From the NCBI GenBank assembly GCA_964518865.1, contig CAZFIB010000010.1:153-64152 (forward strand): a stretch of DNA of 64,000 nucleotides. The letters are read 5' to 3'. Source of the DNA: an uncultured Thermodesulfobacteriota bacterium. Its GTDB lineage: Bacteria; Desulfobacterota; WTBG01; CAIYCZ01; CAIRTM01. A program made the position numbers and the translations under genes. The notes below the pieces were generated by a model, which had not been told where the DNA came from, did not search any database, and worked only from the letters and a program-made list of their open reading frames with translations. Shown piece after piece: positions 47,834 to 56,957 of the stretch (within the stretch, counting starts at the first letter, position 1; each line of letters opens with the position of its first letter).

Positions 47834-49216
47834 ATGAGAACGATTCTGCTTCTTGATGACGACGCTTTTATACCCCTGCTCGAATCAACGGCGGCGCATC
47901 ATGATCGGGCCGTTGTCGTGGTCAGAGATGAGATAACCGCCGAACGTGTTTGCAGCGCAACAAACCTTGAGGTAGTGACGGAAACAAAGGCAGGCGGACC
48001 GCAGCTTACCTGTCTTGATATTAAGGAAGGAGACAGTATTATACTGTTCTGCAGCACGCCGGAATCCGCAAAACGCTGTCTGAGGGACGCAGCGCCGATA
48101 CCTGCGTGCATACCCAGAATCGTTATAAGTCGAAAAAACCCTGATTACGGTGCTGATGCAGATGGAGGTGTATCACATTGTATCTGCCTCGATGATCTGA
48201 TAACGGACCAGGTGCGTCTTGCATACAGAAAACATGAGAACGCCAAAAAGGTAAATGCCCTGAAACAGATCAGCAGCCGAGTCGACAATGTTCTGATACT
48301 GCTGCAGAACGATCCCGACCCCGATGCGATCGCCGGCGGCCTGGCGCTGCGCGTTTTGATGGGGCGCAACAAGCAGACCGCTCCTCTCGGTACGTTCGGC
48401 GCGGTAACCCGCAGCGAAAACATATCGATGATAAAACTGCTTGATATCCCCGTTGCCACTGTCACCGAAACCATGCTTTCACAGTACAGCGCCGTAGCGA
48501 TGGTAGATGTAGCGCCTCCTTATTTTGCCGATAGAGGTGTCAGCGCTGATATTGTCATCGATCATCACCCGTCGCAGGCTGAATTCGATGCAGCATATGT
48601 CGATATCAGGCCATCATACGGGGCGACATCGACAATACTGGCAGAGTATCTTATCCATGAGGGCATACGCATCACCCAGCGCCTGGCAACTGCCCTGATT
48701 TACGGCATTAAAACCGACACCATGTTCCTGGAACGCGGGATCAGCCAGGCGGATATCAAAGCATTCACACACCTGTACCCGCTTGCAAACATAAACATGC
48801 TGCGGCGCATCGAAAATCCGAGCCTTGAATTCGATGAGGTACACTGCTTTGTGAAATCCCTCAAAACCGTTCGGATATTCGATTCGATGCTGTTTGCCTA
48901 TGCCGGGAATGTCGCCCGCGATGACATACTGCCGCGTCTGGCGGATTTCTGCCTCCAGATCGGAGGTGCCGATTGGGCGGTTGTTACCGGTATCTGCGAC
49001 AGGAACATCGTGTGCTGCGTTCGTAACGTCGGGTATGTCAAGCATGCCGGCGAGCTGGTACAGCGCGTGTTCGGTGACATGGGCACTGCCGGCGGTCATC
49101 GCGCCATGGCAAAAGCCGTAGTGCCGGTAAGGAAATTCAAGAAGTGTGCAGGTGTTTCGCGGGTCGGGGAGATTCCCGAGAGGATTGCAGAGCTTTTTCT
49201 GCAGGCAGCCGAATAG
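47834..49216 (+). CDS. DHH/DHHA1 phosphoesterase (NrnA/Pde2-like) with an N-terminal extension of about 150 aa
   Basis: DPDPDAIAG, VIDHHP (DHH) and GGHRAMAKA (DHHA1 GGGH-type) motifs. The N-terminus begins MRTILLLDDD, which is receiver-like but degenerate. Confidence 0.85.
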   Translation: MRTILLLDDDAFIPLLESTAAHHDRAVVVVRDEITAERVCSATNLEVVTETKAGGPQLTCLDIKEGDSIILFCSTPESAKRCLRDAAPIPACIPRIVISRKNPDYGADADGGVSHCICLDDLITDQVRLAYRKHENAKKVNALKQISSRVDNVLILLQNDPDPDAIAGGLALRVLMGRNKQTAPLGTFGAVTRSENISMIKLLDIPVATVTETMLSQYSAVAMVDVAPPYFADRGVSADIVIDHHPSQAEFDAAYVDIRPSYGATSTILAEYLIHEGIRITQRLATALIYGIKTDTMFLERGISQADIKAFTHLYPLANINMLRRIENPSLEFDEVHCFVKSLKTVRIFDSMLFAYAGNVARDDILPRLADFCLQIGGADWAVVTGICDRNIVCCVRNVGYVKHAGELVQRVFGDMGTAGGHRAMAKAVVPVRKFKKCAGVSRVGEIPERIAELFLQAAE

Positions 49217-49221
49217 CGCTT

Positions 49222-50181
49222 TCAGGCGCGTGACTGGAGCGCCAGGAAGCCGGCACCGAAAATACCGGCATCGTTGCCGAGCCTGGAGAGCATGATCCTC
49301 AAGCGATCATGCGATACGGAAAACATTCTTCGCCTGGCTTCCTCGCGTACGATTTCATCCATTATATCAAACGCTTTGCTTACCCCGCCGCCGACGATGA
49401 AGGTATGAATATCCAGCAGGTTGTTTACTGTACCGAGGGCTGTGCCCAGCCTGCAGGCGGCAGTACGGTATATCGATACACTGAGATCGTCACCCTGCTT
49501 TGCCGCCCGGTAAACGATTTCAGGCGTAAGGCGTTCCGGACAGGTCCGGAAATCGGACTGAAGCGATGTCGGCTGATCAGCCTGCAGCGCATCCCGCGCC
49601 ATTCGAACGATAGCCGTGCCCGAGCTGAGGGCTTCCAGGCAGCCGCGTCTGCCGCAGCCGCACTGGGGGGCGTCGGGTGAGTGGTCAACGGTAATGTGGC
49701 CGAATTCACCCGCTTTGCCGGCTTCGCCTTTCCACAATGAACCGTTCAGAATAAGACCGGATCCGATACCTGTTCCAAGCGTAAAAAGGAGAAAATTCGA
49801 AATGCCCATTCCTGCGCCGGCCCAGAGTTCGCCGAGAGCTGCGACATTGGCATCGTTTTCGAGATGCACGCTCATGTCGAGACGATCGGCAAGCATGCTT
49901 TTAAGGCCGACATCATGAAGAGCCGGCAGGTTCGGAGACTCGATGAGTCGGTCACGCTCCGGGGTAAGAAGACCGGCAATGCCGATACCGAGAGATGATA
50001 CGGGCTCATTTTCAGGCCGCAATAACGAGATGAGTTCCTCGATGCCTGAACACAGGGCTTCGGCAGATGCATCGGCTTGTGTTGGTACGGACTGCTTGCG
50101 TATCAGCTGTCCGTCGACAGAGAACAGGCCGCCTTTGATCATTGTGCCGCCGATATCGATACCGAGTATGAATGTCTGCAC
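49222..50181 (-). CDS. ROK-family glucokinase
   Basis: GIDIGGT N-terminus, ENDANVAALGE, and Zn motif GHITVD...CGCGRRGCLE. Confidence 0.88.
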   Translation of the reverse strand: MQTFILGIDIGGTMIKGGLFSVDGQLIRKQSVPTQADASAEALCSGIEELISLLRPENEPVSSLGIGIAGLLTPERDRLIESPNLPALHDVGLKSMLADRLDMSVHLENDANVAALGELWAGAGMGISNFLLFTLGTGIGSGLILNGSLWKGEAGKAGEFGHITVDHSPDAPQCGCGRRGCLEALSSGTAIVRMARDALQADQPTSLQSDFRTCPERLTPEIVYRAAKQGDDLSVSIYRTAACRLGTALGTVNNLLDIHTFIVGGGVSKAFDIMDEIVREEARRRMFSVSHDRLRIMLSRLGNDAGIFGAGFLALQSRA

Positions 50182-50437
50182 AGGTGCTCCGGTACTGTGA
50201 ACATGTATGATGCTTGAAAATATTTCACAGAATATATAACACTGTATTAAAAATCAAATGCTTATTAACTGCTGATTTTATTTTCGGTCAGCCAAATATT
50301 TGCATGGTCTCACTCTGCGTGATACAATTTTCAAACTGTTTACTGCTGTACTTCCGGCCCAGAAAAGAAAACAGCATACTCTGCCGGACTGTGATACTAC
50401 TGAAAAATAACATTATACACTGCTAAAGCGTGACATA

Positions 50438-51217
50438 ATGGATACAGTGCCGCAGTATCTCGTTGCTCTTGATCTTGACGGAACCTCGGTGCGGTACGAT
50501 CCGCGGCTCGAGATGGATCCTGCCGTGGTCGACTGTCTGAGAAAGTTGCGCACCAAAGGAGTTGCCTGGGTCATGAACTCAGACCGCTACACCGATGACA
50601 TGGTCGACATCGCCGGACTCCTGGAACCCGATGACCGGCCTTCGGCTATTCTCAGCTGCCAGCGTTTTATCCTGATGCGTGACCGTGAAGACGGCTATAC
50701 ACCGCTGAGCGCCTGGAACAAACAGCAGATGCTTCTTCACGCCGAGCTGTGGAAGAGCATTTCTCCGTATTTCAGCGAATGGCGCAGCAGGATTGAAAGA
50801 ACCTTTTCGGTTGTAAACTCAGTGATCAATGATATCGTATTCGCTTTTCTTGTGCCCGCCGAGCAGACCGAAGATTTGCGAACCATGCTGCGCTCGTTCA
50901 TCAAACCGTGGCCGAACGCCCAGCTTTCAGGCAATCACGAGTGGAGCTTTGTCCTGCACACCCGGTTTTCAAAAGGTCGCCTGCTGTCGGCCTGCGCCGA
51001 GCATCTCGGCATACGGCAGGATATGATAATCAGCGTCGGCGACGGCATCAACGATATCAGTATGCTGAACGGATCGGTAACAAAAAAGGTCGGCTGCCCG
51101 TCGAATGCGTCGCCTGAAGTAGCGGCTGCCGTGGAGGCGGCCGGGGGTCTTGTGGCGCAGTCAGCCGCCGGCAGCGGAACGATCGAAGTGATCCGGCACT
51201 ATCTCGGAAATTTGTAA
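50438..51217 (+). CDS. HAD-IIB (Cof-type) phosphatase
   Basis: LVALDLDGT motif I and GDGINDISML motif IV. Confidence 0.8.
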   Translation: MDTVPQYLVALDLDGTSVRYDPRLEMDPAVVDCLRKLRTKGVAWVMNSDRYTDDMVDIAGLLEPDDRPSAILSCQRFILMRDREDGYTPLSAWNKQQMLLHAELWKSISPYFSEWRSRIERTFSVVNSVINDIVFAFLVPAEQTEDLRTMLRSFIKPWPNAQLSGNHEWSFVLHTRFSKGRLLSACAEHLGIRQDMIISVGDGINDISMLNGSVTKKVGCPSNASPEVAAAVEAAGGLVAQSAAGSGTIEVIRHYLGNL

Positions 51218-51237
51218 AATATTCGGGGCTACAGCGC

Positions 51238-51747
51238 ATGTCGAAAAAACACCGCGCCTACCAGGGGGCGTTTCTCAACATTATGATGGAAAAACGAGCT
51301 CTTCCCAACGGCCATCAGGCTGTTCTTGAATGGGTCGACCACCCGGGTGCGGTTGTTATCGTTCCTTTTTTAAAGCGCGCAACACTGATACTGCTCAAAC
51401 AGTACCGGGCGGTGCTCGATGCATGGATTTACGAGATGCCGGCGGGCACTCTCGAGAAAAACGAACAGCCCCTGCGCTGCGCCCGGCGCGAGATCCGCGA
51501 GGAAACCGGCTACCGGGCAGGGAAACTGACCCGCCTCGGCATTCTCTATCCCGTTCCGGGCTACTCGACTGAAAAACTGACTGTGTACAAAGCCGAAGAC
51601 CTGTCGCCGGTCAAGGCACGGCGTGACGCTGACGAGATAATAGAAACAATGATCGTCAGCAGGCGCGAGGCAATCGATCTTTTCCGTTCAGGAAAAATAG
51701 TCGATGCAAAGACCGTCTGCGGTCTGGCAATGATCGGCTGGCTGTAA
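51238..51747 (+). CDS. NUDIX hydrolase (ADP-ribose pyrophosphatase-like)
   Basis: Nudix box GTLEKNEQPLRCARREIREETGY. Confidence 0.88.
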   Translation: MSKKHRAYQGAFLNIMMEKRALPNGHQAVLEWVDHPGAVVIVPFLKRATLILLKQYRAVLDAWIYEMPAGTLEKNEQPLRCARREIREETGYRAGKLTRLGILYPVPGYSTEKLTVYKAEDLSPVKARRDADEIIETMIVSRREAIDLFRSGKIVDAKTVCGLAMIGWL

Positions 51748-51758
51748 ACGTGGACGCA

Positions 51759-52136
51759 ATGAAATTCGAAATACATTTTGATCACATGCCTGACTATGTT
51801 TTGATTCGAACCGAAGGAGAGGCTGCCGTCAACGGTTTTGATGCACTGTTAACGACACTGGTTGAATCCGATCAATGGAAACCCGGGACAAGACAAATTG
51901 TTGATCATAGAAAGCTGATAGCGAATAACATTACCTCGGATGATATACTGCACATAAAAAATGTAGTGAAGAAATACGCTGAAAAGCTTGGGAACGGCCG
52001 TTGTGCTTTTGTCGTGAATGATAAACTCGGATTCGGCCTGGCAAGAATGTACAATCTTTCAGGAGGTGATGAACTGCATCAGGAATCAAGTATATTTTAT
52101 TCCGTTGATGAAGCCGCAGCCTGGTTGAAACAATAA
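51759..52136 (+). CDS. hypothetical protein (about 125 aa)
   Basis: Clean ORF in the co-directional gene string with no motif I recognise. GTG 51750 or ATG 51759 are possible starts. Confidence 0.5.
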   Translation: MKFEIHFDHMPDYVLIRTEGEAAVNGFDALLTTLVESDQWKPGTRQIVDHRKLIANNITSDDILHIKNVVKKYAEKLGNGRCAFVVNDKLGFGLARMYNLSGGDELHQESSIFYSVDEAAAWLKQ

Positions 52137-52177
52137 ATGTTATTTACGAAAGCTTTAACACTGCAAAGGAGCTTTCC

Positions 52178-52900
52178 ATGGAAGATGAAAAAAAATGTGC
52201 AATCGTTTTCAACGATATCCTGCAGGAAGAAATCAGCAGGCATGTCGAGCTGCGACCTCTGCCGCTTGATCCTGATTTCAAGCTGAAATACGCGGATACA
52301 GCCGACAAAAGCGTCTACATACAAAGCAGCTTTCTCGCATGTCCGAAAACTGCCGGTATACGCTGCGGGGAAATGGATTTCGGCGGGGCGATGACGGTGA
52401 ATTTCGGCAGTGTTCCGCCGGGTCCCGAGTATGATTTTCCTGTACTGGGCTATACCTTTGTGCTGTCCGACAGGTTTTTAATCTGCGTTCTCGACCTGCA
52501 TCCGATTTCAACAGAAAACGTGTACAGGGAAAAATATATTTCACCGCTTAAAGACGTATCACAGAAATATGCATGGATTCCAAAGGCCGAAGGCGGCCGA
52601 TCGGAGGTGCATGACTGGGCCAAACAGTATGAATCAGGCTATTCGTTTTACCGCTGGTGTGAAGGAACATACCTGGGTGACGTGCAGGAGGCCTTCAGGG
52701 ACTACATTCAGGTTTTCTGCTCGTGCATTAAAAAAGCCGAACCCGTAAAAGATCCCCAACGGCTGTCGGCACGGGCGGACTACATACAGAAGTACTGCCG
52801 GGACTATGCCGGCAAGGATCCGGGCAGCAATCCGCTGAAGCACTACTTCGGTGAGGAGTGGGGCGAGCGCTACATGAACGGCTTTTTATTTGCGCCGTAG
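52178..52900 (+). CDS. ferredoxin-dependent bilin reductase (FDBR, PcyA/PebA/HY2 superfamily) homologue
   Basis: YDFPVLGYTFVLSDRFLICVLDLHPIS resembles the FDBR L(P/D)(I/L)FG.D.V........DL.P core. C-terminal KDPGSNPLKHYFGEEWGERYMNGFLF resembles PcyA [26 protein letters not shown], which I am recalling from memory. AAGGAG Shine-Dalgarno. Confidence 0.75.
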   Translation: MEDEKKCAIVFNDILQEEISRHVELRPLPLDPDFKLKYADTADKSVYIQSSFLACPKTAGIRCGEMDFGGAMTVNFGSVPPGPEYDFPVLGYTFVLSDRFLICVLDLHPISTENVYREKYISPLKDVSQKYAWIPKAEGGRSEVHDWAKQYESGYSFYRWCEGTYLGDVQEAFRDYIQVFCSCIKKAEPVKDPQRLSARADYIQKYCRDYAGKDPGSNPLKHYFGEEWGERYMNGFLFAP

Positions 52901-53170
52901 CTGTCGGCGGCATTTTTTGGCATTATCCCCTTTCCCGTATGCTATGCCATAAAATCGCGATTACAAGCTCCGCCGTCGATGAGATAACGGAAATTATCTT
53001 CCGGAATAATTATGCTGCCGCTTTCGCGGGAATGACGAAACCGATTGTAGTGGCATTCAGGAGCGCACGCGGCGCGGAAATCTCGGTGGGTACGGCGCAG
53101 CGTGCCGGGGAGACTGCTTCATTACGTTCGCAATGTCGTCGGTCAGATGATGACGGACTGTGTATTCGAC

Positions 53171-53304
53171 CCCTACAGTAAAGAGGTACAACAGTGTAGG
53201 CCGGAGTAAGAACCGGGAGTATTACTGCATGCCCGCATTGTTGCCGGACACGCTGCGCTTTGTCCGGCCTGCAGGGACACTGCCTCAGAAGGTTCGTGTC
53301 CGGC
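53171..53304. repeat. cluster of nested or alternative inverted repeats (REP-like structured non-coding region)
   Basis: CCTACA (53172-53177) / TGTAGG (53195-53200). TGTAGGCCGG (53195) / CCGGCCTGCA (53264). GCCGGAC (53243) / GTCCGGC (53262). GCCGGACACG (53243) / CGTGTCCGGC (53295). GGACAC (53275) / GTGTCC (53296). Confidence 0.45.
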
Positions 53305-53380
53305 TTTGTGTTGGGAGATTGCTTCGCCTGCGGCAATGACAGTAACAACAGCATTATGGAAAATGTACCGGATACAGCGC

Positions 53381-54604
53381 TCAGGACAGCGCGGCGGTTA
53401 TGCGCTGCATGGCCTCAGTGACGTTTTCCAGAGAGTTGAAAGCGCTGAGGCGGATGAATCCGTTGCCGCATCTGCCGAAGCCCGACCCGGGCGTACAGAC
53501 AACCCCGGCCTTTTCAAGCAGCAGATCGAAAAATTCCCAGGAATCACGGTCGCCTTTGATCCAGATATAGGGCGAGTTGCTGCCGCCGGTGCAGGAAAAG
53601 CCCAGCGCGCTCATTTTATCAAGAATCAGAGAAGCATTTTTCAGGTAGTAGTCGGTAAGGCTGCGCACCTGCTGCCTGCCCTCGTCCGAGTAGACCGCCT
53701 CGGCAGCCCGCTGGACCGGGTAGGAAACACCGTTGAACTTTGTGCTCTGTCGCCGCATCCACAGGGGGTGCAGCGGGACTGACGCTCCGCTGCTGTCGAA
53801 GACCCGGCAGCTTTTCGGTATCACGGTATAGGCACATCGCGTGCCGGTGAAGCCCGCATTTTTAGAGAAGCTTCTGAACTCGACGGCGACCTCGAGGGCA
53901 CCATCAAGCTCGAAAATGCTGTGGGGTATCGTTTCGTCGCGTATGAACGACTCATAGGCGGCATCAAAAAGAATGAGCGCTTTGCTGTCGCGGGCATAGT
54001 CAACCCAGCGCTGCAGCTGCCCGTGCGCAGCGGTGGCGCCGGTCGGATTGTTGGGAAAACAGAGGTAGACGAGGTCGCATTTCCGCTGCGGTATGTCGGG
54101 TACAAAACCGTTTTCCGGCGCAGACTCAAGATAGCAGAGCCCGTCATAGCGGCCGTCCTCAAACCATCCGGTGCGCCCCGCCATGACATTTGTGTCGACA
54201 TACACGGGATACACGGGATCAGGGATTGCTATGGTGCAGTCACGGGAAAAGAGCTCCTGGAAATTACCGGTATCGCACTTGGCGCCGTCGCTGACGAATA
54301 TTTCATCGGCACCGATCTCTACGCCGCGGCTGCAATAATCGTGCTGTGCGATCTTATCACGCAGGAAATCGTATCCCTGTTCCGGGCCGTATCCGCGAAA
54401 AGTGTCTGAAGAGCCCATGTCGTCGACCGCACGGTGGAAGGCATCCAGGCATGCTTCGGGAAGCGGCAGGGTTACGTCGCCGATGCCGAGCCTGATTATT
54501 TTTCGCTCCGGATGTGCCTTGGTATAGTCGCTGACGCGGCGGGCTATGTCGGAAAAAAGGTATGATGCCGTGAGTTTGCGGTAGTGCTCGTTTGCGATGA
54601 TCAT
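53381..54604 (-). CDS. dapL: LL-diaminopimelate aminotransferase
   Basis: N-terminal [24 protein letters not shown]...IRLGIGDVT pattern typical of DapL, and the PLP Lys region [12 protein letters not shown]. Start re-picked to ATG 54604 behind GGGAGA. Confidence 0.9.
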   Translation of the reverse strand: MIIANEHYRKLTASYLFSDIARRVSDYTKAHPERKIIRLGIGDVTLPLPEACLDAFHRAVDDMGSSDTFRGYGPEQGYDFLRDKIAQHDYCSRGVEIGADEIFVSDGAKCDTGNFQELFSRDCTIAIPDPVYPVYVDTNVMAGRTGWFEDGRYDGLCYLESAPENGFVPDIPQRKCDLVYLCFPNNPTGATAAHGQLQRWVDYARDSKALILFDAAYESFIRDETIPHSIFELDGALEVAVEFRSFSKNAGFTGTRCAYTVIPKSCRVFDSSGASVPLHPLWMRRQSTKFNGVSYPVQRAAEAVYSDEGRQQVRSLTDYYLKNASLILDKMSALGFSCTGGSNSPYIWIKGDRDSWEFFDLLLEKAGVVCTPGSGFGRCGNGFIRLSAFNSLENVTEAMQRITAALS

Positions 54605-54710
54605 CGGCGGTAAGTCTCCCTGCTGAAGAGTATCGGAATGACGTTCGACCAAGGATTCATGCAATTATCAGAATAGCGTTAAGAAGTCAAAGCAAAAGTG
54701 TCGGACTGTA

Positions 54711-54739
54711 TTGACAGGCCTGCGGGAAACGGATATGAT
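54711..54739 (+). promoter_or_regulatory. candidate sigma70-type promoter for the MFS-PCP_red gene
   Basis: TTGACA (54711-54716), 17-nt spacer, TATGAT (54734-54739). Confidence 0.4.
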
Positions 54740-54871
54740 GCCTTTAATTAGCATGCTAAGTAAGAAGCCTTCATCAAGTCACATTACATTGCTTTTATCA
54801 CGTTGTACATGGTATAACCCTTTTTTCATAAAGTGAAAATATACCAGTCAGTTATCATCAGGGAGGGAGCA

Positions 54872-56440
54872 ATGAGCGAACAACAGGAGAGTACAAAGAA
54901 AGCTTCAAAGTTTGCCGGTATCGAGGTGCCGCCGGAACTGACGAAGGGTAATTTTTTCTTTCTGTTTTTCAATACCCTGCTCATAGGCCTTTTTATGAGC
55001 ATTCCCGCCATCGTGCAGCCTGCATTTCTCAACGATATTGTTAAAATCAATCAGGACTTTGCCGGCTCGATCAACGGCCTTCTGCAGAACATGAGCCAGA
55101 TCGCGACGCTGGCGCTTGTGGCGGTTGTCGGGGTGCTTTCGGATAAGGTCGGAAGAAAAATACTTGCCCTGCTGGGGTTTCTCGTCCTGGCGGTGTTTTT
55201 CTATGTTCTCACCATGGCCAACGGCATTGCAGACGCTCTCTCTATCCCCGCGGAATTTGCCGCCCGGGTCTGCGCTCTTGCCAGCTTTGTTCCGGGCAAG
55301 GCTGCGGAGTTCACCGAATTCGCTCCCGGGCTTTTTGTCACGTATGTCATTCGGCTCATTATCGGCATCGGGCTGATTCTCGGTTATCCGCAGTTTATTA
55401 CCATGGTTGCGGACTACACCTATGAAAAGGACCGCGGCAAAGGCATGGCGATGAACGGTGTCATGATGGGGCTCGCCGGTATTCTCGTGTTTGCGCTGTT
55501 CGCCCCGATTCTGAAAAACACCGGCGTCATTACGCTGATGTACGTAGTCGCCGCCGTGGCGCTTGCCGGTGCGGTAACCACGGGGCTGTTTCTCAAGGAC
55601 CGCATGCCTGAAAAGCCCAAAGAGAAAAAAGGATTCAAGGATATTATTCCGGTCGTCAAGGACAGCCTGCCCCTGAAAGCATCCTATCTCTGCTCGCTCA
55701 TCACGCGCGCCGACATTGTTGTGCTGGCGACGTTTCTGGTTTCCTGGGGCGTCAAGTACGGCCAGCAGATCGACATGGCCTCAAAGGATGCAACCATGAA
55801 GGCGTCGCTGCCGATGATCGTGATGAGCGTCATGTCGCTGGTGGTGTTTCCCGTTCTCGGTGTAATGCTCGACAAGTGGGGCCGCATCCCCACGATAGCG
55901 GTTTCACTTTTCGCGGCGGCTGCCGGGATGCTGGTTCTGATGGTCGCCCCGAGCCCGTTCCACGGATTAACCTATCTTGCTGCGGCACTTCTGGCGGTCG
56001 GTATGGCCGGCTCGATTGCGGGCGCCAATACGCTGGCTTCCGATGTATCGCCGCAGGGCATGCTCGGAACGATTCTGGGCGGTCTGAACACCATGCAGCC
56101 GATAGGAATACTTTTTTTTCTGGGGCTGGGGGGCTATCTGTTTGACGCCATCGGCCCGGCATGGGCGTTCGGCCTGAAGGGGCTCGCGACCCTGCTGCTG
56201 GCCGTGTGGTTTCTCATGGCCAAGGGTAAACTGACCGATGAACTCGCGAAAAAAACATCTCTTGATACGCTCCCCTTTACGATGCCGTGGGATGACGATG
56301 CCAGGAAGATGATGGAAAAGGTCCCGGGGGCGTTCCGCGAGGCTGCGGTAACGGGGACGGAGGAGTTTGCCCGCGGCAAGTCCTATGAAAAAGTAACTGC
56401 TGCAGTGGTGCAGGAGTACCGCACGGAGCTCGGCATGTGA
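54872..56440 (+). CDS. MFS transporter fused to a C-terminal PCP_red-like domain (protochlorophyllide reductase B C-terminal type)
   Basis: About 12 TM helices followed by MPWDDDARKMMEKVPGAFREAAVTGTEEFARGKSYEKVTAAVVQEY. Start ATG 54872 after GGGAGGGAG. Confidence 0.85.
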   Translation: MSEQQESTKKASKFAGIEVPPELTKGNFFFLFFNTLLIGLFMSIPAIVQPAFLNDIVKINQDFAGSINGLLQNMSQIATLALVAVVGVLSDKVGRKILALLGFLVLAVFFYVLTMANGIADALSIPAEFAARVCALASFVPGKAAEFTEFAPGLFVTYVIRLIIGIGLILGYPQFITMVADYTYEKDRGKGMAMNGVMMGLAGILVFALFAPILKNTGVITLMYVVAAVALAGAVTTGLFLKDRMPEKPKEKKGFKDIIPVVKDSLPLKASYLCSLITRADIVVLATFLVSWGVKYGQQIDMASKDATMKASLPMIVMSVMSLVVFPVLGVMLDKWGRIPTIAVSLFAAAAGMLVLMVAPSPFHGLTYLAAALLAVGMAGSIAGANTLASDVSPQGMLGTILGGLNTMQPIGILFFLGLGGYLFDAIGPAWAFGLKGLATLLLAVWFLMAKGKLTDELAKKTSLDTLPFTMPWDDDARKMMEKVPGAFREAAVTGTEEFARGKSYEKVTAAVVQEYRTELGM

Positions 56441-56524
56441 TCTGTCGTCAATGACGCGGCACCATGCTGATCGATATGTGCCGGTGTGCCCGGAAGAAAA
56501 AAGCGCTTTAAAAAGTGGGCGGCT

Positions 56525-56956
56525 ATGAATGCGGTACGACAACAGGCCATGCGTGATCTGCTGGTAGCAAAGCGGAAGATGCTTCTGGGGCAGATAGCTC
56601 GTACGATGGGTGAAAGCCTGGATGAAGATATTCGCATGAGCTTTGAAGCAGTGCAGGACAATCCCGATAAGTCCGTGGATGAGCTTCTCAAGCATGTCGA
56701 TGCATCGGTTCTGGGCGCCCGCTCAAAGGAACTGGACAACATAAACGAGGCGCTGCTTAAGCTTAGAGAAGGAACCTACGGTATGTGTGAAGAGTGCGGC
56801 TGCGACATTCCGATGAAGCGCCTGCAGGCCGTGCCGTTTGCACTTTACTGCAGGGACTGCCAGGCAGATATCGAACGGGAGGCGAGCCTGCGTGACGGCG
56901 GAGGCGGAGCCGAGGTCGACGGTCAGGGGGATGATTACCTGTCAGACGAGGAGTAA
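56525..56956 (+). CDS. DksA/TraR-family C4 zinc-finger protein
   Basis: GTYGMCEECGCDIPMKRLQAVPFALYCRDCQ. The start is uncertain (GTG 56486 or ATG 56525). Confidence 0.8.
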   Translation: MNAVRQQAMRDLLVAKRKMLLGQIARTMGESLDEDIRMSFEAVQDNPDKSVDELLKHVDASVLGARSKELDNINEALLKLREGTYGMCEECGCDIPMKRLQAVPFALYCRDCQADIEREASLRDGGGGAEVDGQGDDYLSDEE

Positions 56957-56957
56957 T

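Noticed and set aside
50290-50330. GGTCTCACTCTGCG upstream of the HAD gene shares the 9-mer GTCTCACTC with block 1 of the leader repeat
   Set aside because: A single 9-mer match is expected by chance at about 0.5 occurrences across 128 kb of two-strand sequence. None of the other blocks is present.
52858-53354. ORFs 52858-53181 (+, 107 aa) and 53010-53354 (-, 114 aa). I also considered a possible degraded RAYT/IS200-like gene in the REP-like gap.
   Set aside because: No frame gives a recognisable transposase motif (no HUH or Tyr context). My tentative reading (VEYTVRHHLTDDIANVMKQ...) is under 60 aa and unsupported. The region is better explained as structured non-coding DNA.
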